41,191 nucleotides of DNA, from IMG/VR virus record IMGVR_UViG_3300021142_000072, positions 1 to 41,191 of that record; one strand, written 5' to 3'. Below are positions 23,127-33,263 of this stretch, one piece after another. The number at the start of each line of letters is the position of its first letter. The stretch's first letter is position 1. The DNA comes from a virus (lineage: Duplodnaviria; Caudoviricetes). A program made the position numbers and the translations under genes. The notes below the pieces were generated by a model, which saw only the letters and a program-made list of their open reading frames with translations, did no database searches and was not told where the DNA came from.

Positions 23127-24944
23127 ATGGGCTTACTTGATAGATTTGCAAAGGCAGTAGCCGCGCAAATAGAAAAAGCACCAAACCTACCCGCTGGCAC
23201 AGTTGTTATGACTGAGGCTGACATGAAGCGGAATCCACCGTCAATGGCGATGGGTAATTCAGAGCCGTTGCCACGCGACCAAATCTTGCCAATGATTCCA
23301 TTCGGCCCGGGTCTGCCAATTCCACCCGGCCCTATCAACCCACTTCGCAGCGATGGTCGCCCAGACCCACGCCGTTATGAGTATCAAACCGCTCAAAACA
23401 TCAACATCACCGAAACCCGTCTTGTACCTTTCAAGACTCTTCGTGCTGCTGCTGACCAAATTGATATCTTGCGCCGTTGCATCGAAGTTCTGAAGAGCAA
23501 AATGGTTGGTTTGGAATGGGATATCACCATTTCAGAAGCCGCTGCCGAGAAAGTAAGCAAGAAATTTGGTGGCAATCAACTTCGCGCCATGTCACAAGCG
23601 CGTGAAGAACTTGCACCCGAGATTGCTCGCTTGCATGACTTTTGGGAAGTTCCAGACAAGCAAAACGGTTTAGTATTTCAAGATTGGCTCAATGTTTTTC
23701 TTGAGGATTTGCTGGTTATTGATGGCGTAGCAATTTGGGGTCAAAAGTCAGTTGCAGGAGACTTGTACGGTTTCCAGATTCTTGATTCGACAACAATTAA
23801 GCCACTTCTTGATGACCGCGGTATGCGCCCAATGGCCCCAGTACCGGCTTATCAACAGATTCTTTACGGATTCCCACGCTCTGAGTTCACCGCTACCTCT
23901 GACGATGTTCAGGCAGATGGCGAGTTTACGGCTGATGAACTTGCGTACCTCGTTCGCAATCGCCGCACCTTCACCGTCTATGGCTATTCGCCAGTAGAGC
24001 GCGCACTTCCGATTGCCGATATTTACTTGCGCCGTCAGCAATGGTTGCGCTCTGAATACACCGATGGCGTATTGCCTGAATTGATGTTTACCTCCGATGC
24101 TAACTTCGGTAACAATCCCGAGTTGCTTCGCGCCTACGAAAACATCTTTAACGATGATTTGTCTGGACAGACAGAACAACGCAAGCGCGGTCGCATCCTT
24201 CCCGCTGGCATCACACCAATTCAGTTCGATGGCTACGGCGAGAAGTTCAAAGATGTTCTTGACGAGTATCTAGTCACCTCAATCACCGGTCACTTTGGCG
24301 TATTGCCAAGCGAAATCGGATTTACTCCTAAGACTGGTTTGGGCGGCGCTGGACACGAACAAGGTCAAGCGTTCAACGCACAAGATATTGGCTTGTACCC
24401 ACTTGCGAATTGGGTTGGCAAGATGCTCACTCAGTTGTCACACACCTATCTCGGTATGCCACGCGAACTAGAGTTCAAATTCATGCCAAGCGATAATCGT
24501 GACACCATAGAGCAAAGCAAAGCATCGGACATTGAAGTTCGTGGCGCTAAGAAGAGTATCAACGAAGCCCGCGCCGAAGATGGATTGTCATTGCTGGACA
24601 TTCCTGAAGCCGATATGCCGATGATTGTTGCTGGTCAATCTGTATATTTCTTGTCTCCTGAAGGAGTCATTCCTGCTGGCGGTTCGGCAGAACCAACACC
24701 CGCTGAAACTCCCGCACCTGCCGCAGAACAAGCAAGTAAGCCTGAAGTCAAGCCAGCCGAAGAAGTTCCCGCAGAAGCCAAAAAGGAAGCCAAGCGATTT
24801 ATCACATGGGCTACCAAAAGCACACGCACCCGCGAATTTAACTTTGAGACAGTAGAACCCATCGTTGCAGAAGCGCTGAACAAGTGCTTAATGGATGGCG
24901 ACCTAGAAACCGCTAAGGCGTTGGTTTCTGCTTATGTCTCTTAA
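23127..24944 (+). CDS. Portal protein
   Basis: YGYSPVE, HK97-like portal layout, SINEARAE.GL; lies between terminase and MuF genes. Confidence 0.88.
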   Translation: MGLLDRFAKAVAAQIEKAPNLPAGTVVMTEADMKRNPPSMAMGNSEPLPRDQILPMIPFGPGLPIPPGPINPLRSDGRPDPRRYEYQTAQNINITETRLVPFKTLRAAADQIDILRRCIEVLKSKMVGLEWDITISEAAAEKVSKKFGGNQLRAMSQAREELAPEIARLHDFWEVPDKQNGLVFQDWLNVFLEDLLVIDGVAIWGQKSVAGDLYGFQILDSTTIKPLLDDRGMRPMAPVPAYQQILYGFPRSEFTATSDDVQADGEFTADELAYLVRNRRTFTVYGYSPVERALPIADIYLRRQQWLRSEYTDGVLPELMFTSDANFGNNPELLRAYENIFNDDLSGQTEQRKRGRILPAGITPIQFDGYGEKFKDVLDEYLVTSITGHFGVLPSEIGFTPKTGLGGAGHEQGQAFNAQDIGLYPLANWVGKMLTQLSHTYLGMPRELEFKFMPSDNRDTIEQSKASDIEVRGAKKSINEARAEDGLSLLDIPEADMPMIVAGQSVYFLSPEGVIPAGGSAEPTPAETPAPAAEQASKPEVKPAEEVPAEAKKEAKRFITWATKSTRTREFNFETVEPIVAEALNKCLMDGDLETAKALVSAYVS

Positions 24945-26445
24945 ATGGCCAGCACACAAAGCATCTGAGCGCATCGCCCGTAACAACGCGGTAAAGATTG
25001 CTGCTGCTTTTGTCGCAGGTATTGATGCGAAAAAGGTTGTAGAAGATTTCATGTCTATTCACCCACAGGTGACAGACAACGCCGTTCAAGACCGTGTACG
25101 CGCCCGCGCATGGGCAATCGTTCATGTTCGCTACAACTCAAAGCCTATGGAAGCAGCGATTCGCCGCACCTATGCTGACGGATGGGTAACAGGCGATAAG
25201 GCAGCCAAGCAACTTGTTGATTCGCTCATCAAGAAGGCTGATGATTGGTCAAGTTGGACACCGGGTTCTGAAGCACTTGCACAGATGGTCGCTCCTAAAG
25301 GCGCTCTTGCAGGATTGCTAGAGAACGCAGGTGTTGTTTCCAATCAACTATGGGCAACCAAGTTAGATGAAGTCGGCACAATCCTCGCTAACGGATTGCG
25401 CGATGGCTCTACGGTTGACACAATCGCAACGAACCTTGAAGAAGTAGCCGGTGGCGAAAGCAAGGCAATGGTGATTGCTCGTACTGAGTTAAACCGCGCT
25501 ATGACACAAGCCGCAGTTTCTCGCTATCAAGATTCTGGCATTGACCAAGTTGAATGGGAAGCCGCCGACCCTGACGATGAGTGCGCCGATAATGATGGTG
25601 AAGTCGTAACCTACGGCGAAGAGTTCCCTAGTGGCGATATCGAACCACCTGTTCACCCTAACTGCCGATGTGGTCTGCTTCCTGTTATCGCAGAAGCCCA
25701 AACTGACGATGGCGGCGAAGATTTAACTGACGATGCAACGCCAGATGAGGCAGATATCTCAGACGATTCCGATGTTTCTTCATACAGTTATGAAGATGCG
25801 CTTGCTGCATTACAACAGTATGCTGAACTCGATGCTCTCAGCGAGGCAAAAAGCGCAGAACTTCAAGCGTTCCAAACAGAAGAAGGATTTAATAAACCTA
25901 CCGTGGATGGAATAACTAGCGCAGAAAAAGGCGCTTTGCGCATCTATAAAGGCAGCGGTTATATCAATGTTAATAATATGTTGCGTGATTCTAATTATGA
26001 ATTAAGTTTTTATGAAAAAGAAAACGCAGAAGCCATAGTAAGACTTTTAGATAGCGCAATGGCAAAAGCGCCAGCACTACCAGAAGATATATTGACATAT
26101 CGCGGCGTTCGTGAAGATGCTTATATCGAATACAAAGATATGCAAGTTGGACAAGTATTTCAAGACGATGGTTTTGTTTCAACATCAATGAACAAAGAAA
26201 CCGCTTACAAGTTTGCCAATGTAAGAGTTTGGAATGGCGTAGAAGTTATTCCTCAAAACAACATGATAATAGAAATTGTAAATCCAGCCGGAACAGACGG
26301 CATTATGGTAGATGGTTTGTTTTATGTTGAAGCAGAAGCAAAAGATGTTGCTAAAAGCGAAAGTGAATGGCTATTGCCACGCGGAACAAAGTTTCAAGTT
26401 CTATCCAACGATGGCAAAACAATGAGGGTGAAGGTGCTTCCATGA
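24934..26445 (+). CDS. MuF head-morphogenesis protein fused to a C-terminal ADP-ribosyltransferase
   Basis: IARTE..RA and PPVHPNCRC (MuF); acidic linker; Y..GY.N.N..LR, TYRG, FVSTS, ESEWLLPRGT (R-S-E ART). Confidence 0.9.
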   Translation: MSLKWPAHKASERIARNNAVKIAAAFVAGIDAKKVVEDFMSIHPQVTDNAVQDRVRARAWAIVHVRYNSKPMEAAIRRTYADGWVTGDKAAKQLVDSLIKKADDWSSWTPGSEALAQMVAPKGALAGLLENAGVVSNQLWATKLDEVGTILANGLRDGSTVDTIATNLEEVAGGESKAMVIARTELNRAMTQAAVSRYQDSGIDQVEWEAADPDDECADNDGEVVTYGEEFPSGDIEPPVHPNCRCGLLPVIAEAQTDDGGEDLTDDATPDEADISDDSDVSSYSYEDALAALQQYAELDALSEAKSAELQAFQTEEGFNKPTVDGITSAEKGALRIYKGSGYINVNNMLRDSNYELSFYEKENAEAIVRLLDSAMAKAPALPEDILTYRGVREDAYIEYKDMQVGQVFQDDGFVSTSMNKETAYKFANVRVWNGVEVIPQNNMIIEIVNPAGTDGIMVDGLFYVEAEAKDVAKSESEWLLPRGTKFQVLSNDGKTMRVKVLP

Positions 26446-26549
26446 GCGATGATTTAGACAGATTCGTTTATACCAAAAAATCTTCTATCAAAATTCTTTA
26501 CACACCACCGGCGCAGGATACTCAAACAGAAAAGCCCAAGGAGAAATAA
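26442..26549 (+). CDS. 35-aa ORF coupled to MuF-ART
   Basis: ATGA overlap, GAAGG RBS; MSDDLDRFVYTKKSSIKILY... Confidence 0.55.
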   Translation: MSDDLDRFVYTKKSSIKILYTPPAQDTQTEKPKEK

Positions 26550-26828
26550 ATGGCTCTAAACCACATCACCGTTACCACGGGAACAACTGCCAAGCCCCTA
26601 GTAACCGTTCCATCGTCAGCAGGTAAGGTCAATGTTTACATCAGCAACAATGACTCAAGCAACGATGTATTCATCGGCGCAAAGACCGTGACTGCTACTG
26701 GAACAACTCAGGGTTTTCGCATCCCTAAGTCAACCAATGTCTCTTTGCAGGTAGATGGTGGAGATTCAATCTACGCAGTAGCCGCTTCTGGTACTCCCGC
26801 AGTATCAATTCTCTGGTTTGGAAACTAA
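26550..26828 (+). CDS. Small beta-sandwich virion protein
   Basis: AAGGAG RBS; beta-rich; within the head module. Confidence 0.65.
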   Translation: MALNHITVTTGTTAKPLVTVPSSAGKVNVYISNNDSSNDVFIGAKTVTATGTTQGFRIPKSTNVSLQVDGGDSIYAVAASGTPAVSILWFGN

Positions 26829-26830
26829 CT

Positions 26831-28300
26831 ATGGATTTCGCTAACGCTTACGCCCAGATTATCAAGGCAGACGAAAACCCAGACGGCACAATGACCGTTT
26901 ATGGCAAGGCAACCGATGATTCGATTGACCTTGACCAACAGATTTGCGATGAATCATGGCTCAAGACCGCCATGCCACAATGGTTTCAATCAGGTGGCAA
27001 CATTCGTGAACAACATTCATCTATCGCGGCAGGAGTAGCAAAAGAATATGAAGCCAAAGCGGATGGTCACTATATTTCTGCTCTTGTCGTTGACCCTGTT
27101 AGCGTTAAGAAAGTCAAAACAGGCGTTCTTAAGGGATTCTCAATAGGAATCAAAGCACCTCGCGTTATCCGCGACAACAAGGCTGCCGGCGGTCGTATCG
27201 TTGACGGTCAGATTATCGAAGTTTCACTTGTTGACCGACCTGCCAATCCAAACGCTAAGTTGATTATGGCTAAGTCAGTCGAAGGCGAAAGCACACTTGT
27301 TCAGGTTGAGGAATTGCACGAATTTTCTGCACCTCTTCCTAGCGATGTGTTTAAGAATATCAAGACCGAGAAAGGGTCAAAGATGGAAACAATCAAGCAA
27401 ATTACGGAATTGGCTAAGTCTTTGACATCCGACACCGTAAAGTTCGATGCCGCTGCATACGATGCCGCTCGCCGCGCCGTTGCTCAGTTAATTATCTCTG
27501 AGACCAACGAACTTGCAGAAGGCTCAGATGAAACCAACTCGCTCAACCAACTCCTTGAGGTTGTTACACACCTCATTGCTTGGTATCAGGGTGAAGCCGA
27601 AGAAGGAGAAACCCCTATGTCCGATATTGAATTGTCAGCCCACAAAGACCCAGAGCCAGATTCAACCATGGGTTGCAAGTGCGATGGCTGCATGAAGTGC
27701 GCTGCCGATGGTGGTTGCGATGCCAAGATGTGCAAGTCTCACGCCGCAGAGAAGTCTGCTTCTGAGAAGTGCCTTGAGTGCGGTTGCCACATCCCAGACG
27801 ATGCTCACGGGAGCGATGATGTTACTACCGCCGAAATGAAGTCTGCCGATGCAGACGAGACAACTGAAGAAGTTGTTGAACCAGTAGCCGAAGTTGCTGC
27901 TGAAACCGAAGTTTCCGAAGATGCAGTTGAATCTGAATCTACGGAGAAAACCCTTGTTAGTGATGATGTGCTAAATATCATTATTGAAAAGGCTGTCAAG
28001 AACGCCACGGATTCGGTCAAGGCTGAGATTGACCTGCTCAAGTCTGCAACAGAGGCAGCAGAGCAGAAGTCATTAGCACTTGAACAAGAGTTGGCTATCG
28101 TTAAGTCTCTGCCAGCGCAGGGGCCAAAGCGAACTGCCGTACAACAAGGTACAAACAATGACGATGCAATCATCGCCAAAGCCGCCGAGTATCAGGCAAA
28201 AGCCGCTCGGACAACTGACCCTGTTCTTGCTGAAGGATTCCGAGAGATGGCATCGCTCATCTTGAAGAAGTCTGCACAAGACAACTCTGATAAGGAATAA
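26831..28300 (+). CDS. HK97-type prohead protease fused to a scaffold-like region
   Basis: NIREQH, KGFSIG, EVSLVDRPANP; acidic and coiled-coil C-terminus. Confidence 0.88.
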   Translation: MDFANAYAQIIKADENPDGTMTVYGKATDDSIDLDQQICDESWLKTAMPQWFQSGGNIREQHSSIAAGVAKEYEAKADGHYISALVVDPVSVKKVKTGVLKGFSIGIKAPRVIRDNKAAGGRIVDGQIIEVSLVDRPANPNAKLIMAKSVEGESTLVQVEELHEFSAPLPSDVFKNIKTEKGSKMETIKQITELAKSLTSDTVKFDAAAYDAARRAVAQLIISETNELAEGSDETNSLNQLLEVVTHLIAWYQGEAEEGETPMSDIELSAHKDPEPDSTMGCKCDGCMKCAADGGCDAKMCKSHAAEKSASEKCLECGCHIPDDAHGSDDVTTAEMKSADADETTEEVVEPVAEVAAETEVSEDAVESESTEKTLVSDDVLNIIIEKAVKNATDSVKAEIDLLKSATEAAEQKSLALEQELAIVKSLPAQGPKRTAVQQGTNNDDAIIAKAAEYQAKAARTTDPVLAEGFREMASLILKKSAQDNSDKE

Positions 28301-28303
28301 TCA

Positions 28304-29941
28304 ATGTCACTTGAAGCCCCAAAGGTCACAGACCTTTTCGGTGATGTGAAGCCAGTTAAGGCTGCTGAACTCCATGAGCAATTCATTGGAGAACTCAACA
28401 AGTCTTTCGCTAACGCTTCTACAACACCCGGTCTTGCTCCAGCAGCAGACCCAGTAGCACAAATGCAAGCACTTGTCGCAAACAAGTCACTTTCTCCTGA
28501 TGCAGTATCAGCATTGAACAATGCTTTGTCTGCTCAGACCCAGATGAACGCTGACATCGTTAAGGACATCAGCCTCACATCTCCATTGTCAACATCTTTC
28601 GCAGCCTTCGACCTCGAAGCACCTGCAAAGTTGCTCACACCTCGCCCAACACCTCTTCGCAACAAGTTGCCTCGCAAAAAGGGTGTCGGTACTTCACACC
28701 GCATCAAGCGTTTGACTGGTTACACCGGTACAGGCACAGGCGGTCAAGGAAATATCTGGCCAGGAATCACAGAAACAACAACGACTTCATTCGGTTCAAT
28801 CGCTTACGAGCGTGGCCCAAAGATTTCGTACTCAGCAGAAGATGCAATCTTCCCTTACTTCTCATACTCACTCAGCGATAGCGTTTCATTCGATGCACAG
28901 TTCTCTGGTGTCGGATTCCAAGACCTTCGCCAGTTGTCGTCAACATCTGTTCTTTATGCAACAATGTTGATGGAAGAGCGTATGCTCCTCATGGGTCGCG
29001 GAACTGACTCAAACTTCTCAGGCGCACTTGCTGCTCCTACAATCACCGCAACCGCTCGTACCGCTGCAACAGGTGAGACTCCAATCTCTTCTGGCACAAA
29101 GGTATGGGTTAAGGCAACCTCTGATGCAGGTTCATTTGGTGAGTCTGTTGTTTCGTCAGTTGCTTCTGCAACTCCAGACGGCTCAACTCAGGTTATTGAT
29201 GTTGTAATCTCTGCTCCTGTAACTGGCGCACTTGGTTACAAGGTCTATGCTGGCGCTGCCGGAACTGAACCAACCGATGCTAACAAGTTCTACAACGGTC
29301 GTTCAGCAACCCGCACAATCACCCTTCAGGGAACTCTTGCAGTTACCGGTGATACCGCTGCAAACCACGCTTCTGACACCTCTGCTTACGCAACAGGTTA
29401 TGACGGCATCTTGGCTACCGTTCTCGGTGCTAAGTCAGGTTACAACAACAACATCAACTCTGCTTTCTCAACATCAAATCCCGGCGTTGAGTTCCAGACC
29501 ACCTTCTACAACCTCTACAACAATGTTAAGGCTGACCCAGATGAGATTTTCCTCAACGGTTCAGACCGCAAGCAGTTGTCAGATGCAATCAAGAATGGTT
29601 CAACTGCAAACTATCGTTTGAACTTGACCCAGACTGATGCTGGCGATTACATCGGTGGCGCAACAATCGGTGCGCTTTACAATGAAATCACAGGCAAAAT
29701 GGTTGACCTTACTGTTCACCCATGGTTGCCACAGGGCGTTGCTCCAGTTCTTTCATACACACTTCCAATTCCTGATACTCAAGTATCAAATGTTTGGGAA
29801 GTTGTGAATGTTCAGGATTATGCTGGATATCAATGGCCTGTAGTTGACTTCCAATACGCGTTCAGCACCTATTTTCGTGGCACATTTATGTGCGCGGCCC
29901 CTTCGTGGAATGGTGCAGTATCAGGTATCAAGGCAGTCTAA
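28304..29941 (+). CDS. Major capsid protein
   Basis: Follows the protease, 545 aa, TPLRNKLPRKKG motif, strongly biased codon usage, downstream hairpin. Confidence 0.85.
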   Translation: MSLEAPKVTDLFGDVKPVKAAELHEQFIGELNKSFANASTTPGLAPAADPVAQMQALVANKSLSPDAVSALNNALSAQTQMNADIVKDISLTSPLSTSFAAFDLEAPAKLLTPRPTPLRNKLPRKKGVGTSHRIKRLTGYTGTGTGGQGNIWPGITETTTTSFGSIAYERGPKISYSAEDAIFPYFSYSLSDSVSFDAQFSGVGFQDLRQLSSTSVLYATMLMEERMLLMGRGTDSNFSGALAAPTITATARTAATGETPISSGTKVWVKATSDAGSFGESVVSSVASATPDGSTQVIDVVISAPVTGALGYKVYAGAAGTEPTDANKFYNGRSATRTITLQGTLAVTGDTAANHASDTSAYATGYDGILATVLGAKSGYNNNINSAFSTSNPGVEFQTTFYNLYNNVKADPDEIFLNGSDRKQLSDAIKNGSTANYRLNLTQTDAGDYIGGATIGALYNEITGKMVDLTVHPWLPQGVAPVLSYTLPIPDTQVSNVWEVVNVQDYAGYQWPVVDFQYAFSTYFRGTFMCAAPSWNGAVSGIKAV

Positions 29942-29957
29942 TAAACTGAATCGTGTT

Positions 29958-29985
29958 GTGAGTGCGCTCTTACAGGCGCACTCAC
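29958..29985 (+). terminator. Stem-loop after the capsid gene (attenuator or 3' stabiliser)
   Basis: gtgagtgcgc/gcgcactcac 10-bp stem with no U tract. Confidence 0.5.
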
Positions 29986-30004
29986 TCACATCTTAGGAGG
30001 CGCA

Positions 30005-30268
30005 ATGACAAAGATGATTCCACCGCAAGGCTTGCGTGAAGTATCCGTAAGAACCGAGCGTGGCACAAAGGTTTACAAAGCAGACAAGTCAGGGCTAATC
30101 AATGTTGATAACCCTAAACACGCTGCACAGATGAAGCACGAAGGCTTAGGAGTGGCAAACGCGATGGGTTCGATTGCTCGCCCATCAACAGTTGGATTCA
30201 CCTGCCAAAAGTGCGGGTTCGGCTCATTTTTCAAGAAATGCTCAAAGTGCGGAGAAATAAATGGCTAA
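30005..30268 (+). CDS. Small protein with C-terminal zinc ribbon
   Basis: AGGAGG RBS; CQKCGF..CSKCG. Confidence 0.75.
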   Translation: MTKMIPPQGLREVSVRTERGTKVYKADKSGLINVDNPKHAAQMKHEGLGVANAMGSIARPSTVGFTCQKCGFGSFFKKCSKCGEING

Positions 30269-31154
30269 TGCGATTAACCCGATTACACATCAATTCTCCA
30301 CGCCATATCTGACGGTTACCGAGTTTCGCAACGCTCCAACGGCGATTGATATTGATAACTTAGTATTCAACTCTACCGACCCAGATGTGCAGAACGCCGA
30401 GTTAGCAAATGTTATTGCTCGCGCTTCTAGTTGGATTGATACTTTCTGTAATCAGGTTCTTGGTGCTACCACCGAGACAGAGCAGCAACGCTCTCGTATT
30501 CGCCCAGATGGAACAATTCGTTTCCATCCTCGTTATAGCCCTATCATCGCGCTGACATCATTACAGTTCAGCAGCGACTTCAATAGCCCCATCGTTGCTC
30601 CAGACCCATCCTTGGCATGGGTTGAAGATTCACAGATTATTTACCCATACGCTTCAGCCGCTACAACCTATTCTTCGGCTGGCCCACTTCAGTTCGGATT
30701 TCCTACCTCACCTCGTCAAGAAGTGTTCTTGACTTACACCTATGTCAATGGTTATGCCAATACCTTAATTAACACGGCGACCGCATCACAATCATCGTTG
30801 ACCGTAACCGATGGAACAGGCATCACCGCCGGTCAGATGCTCAAGATTTACGATGGCTTTAACTCAGAGAATGTGATTGTCGCCAGCACCTACACACTTG
30901 GCTCAACCACCGTACCTTTGGTTAATCCTCTTGCCTACACCCACGCTAACGGCATTTCTATCTCTGCTCTTCCACCTGCAATCAAGGAAGCAGCGATTCT
31001 CGTAACGACCGCAATGCTTAAGGTTCGTGGCGATAACGCAATGGTGATGAATGTCGGCACTCGCCCCGGTGTTGCTACGCCCGGCGCTCAAATGACAGGC
31101 ACAGATTTAGCACTCGCTCAAGACTTGTTGATGCCATATCGCAGGATTAGATAA
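30261..31154 (+). CDS. Head-to-tail adaptor with beta-rich insertion
   Basis: RASSWIDTFC...LPPAIKEAAIL...LLMPYRR gp6/gp15-like ends. Confidence 0.75.
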   Translation: MANAINPITHQFSTPYLTVTEFRNAPTAIDIDNLVFNSTDPDVQNAELANVIARASSWIDTFCNQVLGATTETEQQRSRIRPDGTIRFHPRYSPIIALTSLQFSSDFNSPIVAPDPSLAWVEDSQIIYPYASAATTYSSAGPLQFGFPTSPRQEVFLTYTYVNGYANTLINTATASQSSLTVTDGTGITAGQMLKIYDGFNSENVIVASTYTLGSTTVPLVNPLAYTHANGISISALPPAIKEAAILVTTAMLKVRGDNAMVMNVGTRPGVATPGAQMTGTDLALAQDLLMPYRRIR

Positions 31155-31642
31155 TGGCAAGACAAGATGTGCGCAATGCCGTAGCAACTTGGTTGCAACA
31201 GGCGCAGATTACAACTCTCAATCAGATTTTCACCTCGTTTCCTAAGCGTATCAATTTTCAGGTCAATTCCTTTCCCGGACAACTATCCCGCGCAGCAGGT
31301 GTTGTCTTTATCCAGAGCGAAAGTGAAGAGCGCCTAGCAATCGGTGGCGCTTATGACGGTTGGAAGCGCGTTGATTACATCGTGAACTTCCAGATTTACC
31401 ACCAATCTATGCAACCTAAGCCAGAAGATGCCATGACAGATTTCGATATCTTGATTGATGCAGTCAAAGGTCAGTTGCGAGCAGGTGGACACAGATTAGG
31501 TTTGCCAGATGGCTCGGTGATTTGGCAAGCAGCAGACCCCGGAATTAGCGCAACTTATTCCGAGCCTGTCACTAATGATGGTGGCGCAACAGAAACTTGG
31601 GCTTCTATCACATTTACCGTAACCCAAATGATAAGAGCATAA
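31154..31642 (+). CDS. Tail completion / terminator-like protein
   Basis: Size and position before the tail tube gene. Confidence 0.55.
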   Translation: MARQDVRNAVATWLQQAQITTLNQIFTSFPKRINFQVNSFPGQLSRAAGVVFIQSESEERLAIGGAYDGWKRVDYIVNFQIYHQSMQPKPEDAMTDFDILIDAVKGQLRAGGHRLGLPDGSVIWQAADPGISATYSEPVTNDGGATETWASITFTVTQMIRA

Positions 31643-31652
31643 GGAGAAATCA

Positions 31653-31835
31653 ATGGCTCGTTTTCAATATAACGGTTCTGATGAGCGGTCTTTTCCGACC
31701 ATCGGAGTAACCGTAAAGTCAGGTGATTCGTTCGATGCGCCCGATGATTTCGCAGCCGTTGATGTATCGCCAGTATCCGCACAAAAGAAGGTTGCGCCAG
31801 CGACCACACCAACAACAATCAAGGAGAGTGAATAA
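31653..31835 (+). CDS. Small hypothetical protein
   Basis: AAGGAG RBS; coupled to the tail tube gene. Confidence 0.7.
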   Translation: MARFQYNGSDERSFPTIGVTVKSGDSFDAPDDFAAVDVSPVSAQKKVAPATTPTTIKESE

Positions 31836-32815
31836 TGGCCGCAAATCCATCCTTACGGTCGTATATGGGTGTTGCTTTAGAAACAACTAAAGGTACACCT
31901 GTAACTGCTACGGACTATGTTCCAATTACCAAAGATTCTTTCAAGCCCGTTGACCTTGTTACAGGACTGTATGACACAGGACTTCGTGGCTCAATGGCAG
32001 TTAACTACAACTACATCCAAGGTCGCAAGTACGCAACCGTTGATGTTGCTGGCCCTGCTTTCCCAGACACCATCGGTTACATTCTCGCATCTGTTCTTGG
32101 CGATGTAACAACCACAGGTTCAACCGCTCCTTACACCCACAAGATTGCACTTAAGAACGCAACAAGTGGCGATGCACAACCAAAGGCGCTGACCCTTACT
32201 GACTATTATGTTGCTGGCACTCGCCAATATCCGGGCGCTCAGTTCCATGATTTCACTCTTACCTTCAATCCAGATGCTCAGTTGGAATACACCGCTAAAG
32301 CAACCTGCTGGCCATCTGTAACCACAACTGCACCAACACCTTCATTCAGCACAGTAACTCCTGTACCTGTTTGGACTGGTACGGTTTCAGTTGGTGGTTC
32401 AACCATCGCTTACGCAATGAGCGGAACTCTTACCTTGTCTCGCACCGTTGAACCAATCTACGGAATCAGCGACATCCAAGGCCCATACGAGGTATTCGTT
32501 GGTGGACTTACCACTACCGGCAAGATTACCTTCATCATGGAATCTGATGCTGAACTTACTCGCTTCCTGACCAACACTCAGCCAGCGATTACTTTCAACT
32601 TTGCACAAGGTACTGGCGCAACTGCAACTCAGATTCAGTTCCAGTTGACCAAGGGTGCTTACACCACCGCAGCGATTGACCGTTCAAAAGACCATGTTGA
32701 AGTCACCGTTGACATCAACGCAATCGCAAACACAACCGATGTCGGCGCATCTAGCGGATACGGCAACATCGTCTGGACACTCCAGAACGCAAAGGCTTCA
32801 GGCACTTATCAGTAA
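31835..32815 (+). CDS. Major tail tube protein
   Basis: GVALETTKGTP N-terminus, beta-rich, upstream of the chaperone and tape measure genes. Confidence 0.85.
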   Translation: MAANPSLRSYMGVALETTKGTPVTATDYVPITKDSFKPVDLVTGLYDTGLRGSMAVNYNYIQGRKYATVDVAGPAFPDTIGYILASVLGDVTTTGSTAPYTHKIALKNATSGDAQPKALTLTDYYVAGTRQYPGAQFHDFTLTFNPDAQLEYTAKATCWPSVTTTAPTPSFSTVTPVPVWTGTVSVGGSTIAYAMSGTLTLSRTVEPIYGISDIQGPYEVFVGGLTTTGKITFIMESDAELTRFLTNTQPAITFNFAQGTGATATQIQFQLTKGAYTTAAIDRSKDHVEVTVDINAIANTTDVGASSGYGNIVWTLQNAKASGTYQ

Positions 32816-32820
32816 CCTGA

Positions 32821-32920
32821 AATAGAACGCAAAGCGGGTTGTTGATGCAACCGCCGCCTTCCCGGTTCGCTCTGACCCGCTTTGCCTATTACACTAAGAG
32901 AAGGCAACCCCGAAGGAAGG
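32821..32920 (+). other. Structured intergenic RNA element, possible pseudoknot with the downstream RBS
   Basis: 12-bp stem 32829-32840/32874-32885; inner aaccg/cggtt stem with loop CCGCCTTCC. Confidence 0.55.
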
Positions 32921-32927
32921 AAGCAAT

Positions 32928-33263
32928 ATGGCTGAAAAGAAAATTGATTTGCCATCAGGCGGTTGGGCATTGTTCCGCGACCCTGAAGAAATCACTTACG
33001 GCGATTACAAGAACATTCTTAAGGTTCTTGGAGGCGATGAAAACCAATACGAGCGCACCTTTAAGTTTCAGGAAGCACTCTTAGCGTTTCTCGTCAAGGA
33101 ATGGTCATTCGACCTTATCCCACCAAGCATCAAGCGCGAATCTCTTGACCAACTCAAGCCAAAAGATGTTGCGGCACTTAACAAGGCTACAGAAGAAGCA
33201 CAGAGCGTTATATTTCTGAATTTCACAGAAGATACTGGAACTGATAGCCCAAAAGACAGTTAG
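32928..33263 (+). CDS. Tail assembly chaperone (G)
   Basis: Position; LVKEWSF..P...ESLDQL motif; slippery heptamer near the stop. Confidence 0.8.
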   Translation: MAEKKIDLPSGGWALFRDPEEITYGDYKNILKVLGGDENQYERTFKFQEALLAFLVKEWSFDLIPPSIKRESLDQLKPKDVAALNKATEEAQSVIFLNFTEDTGTDSPKDS

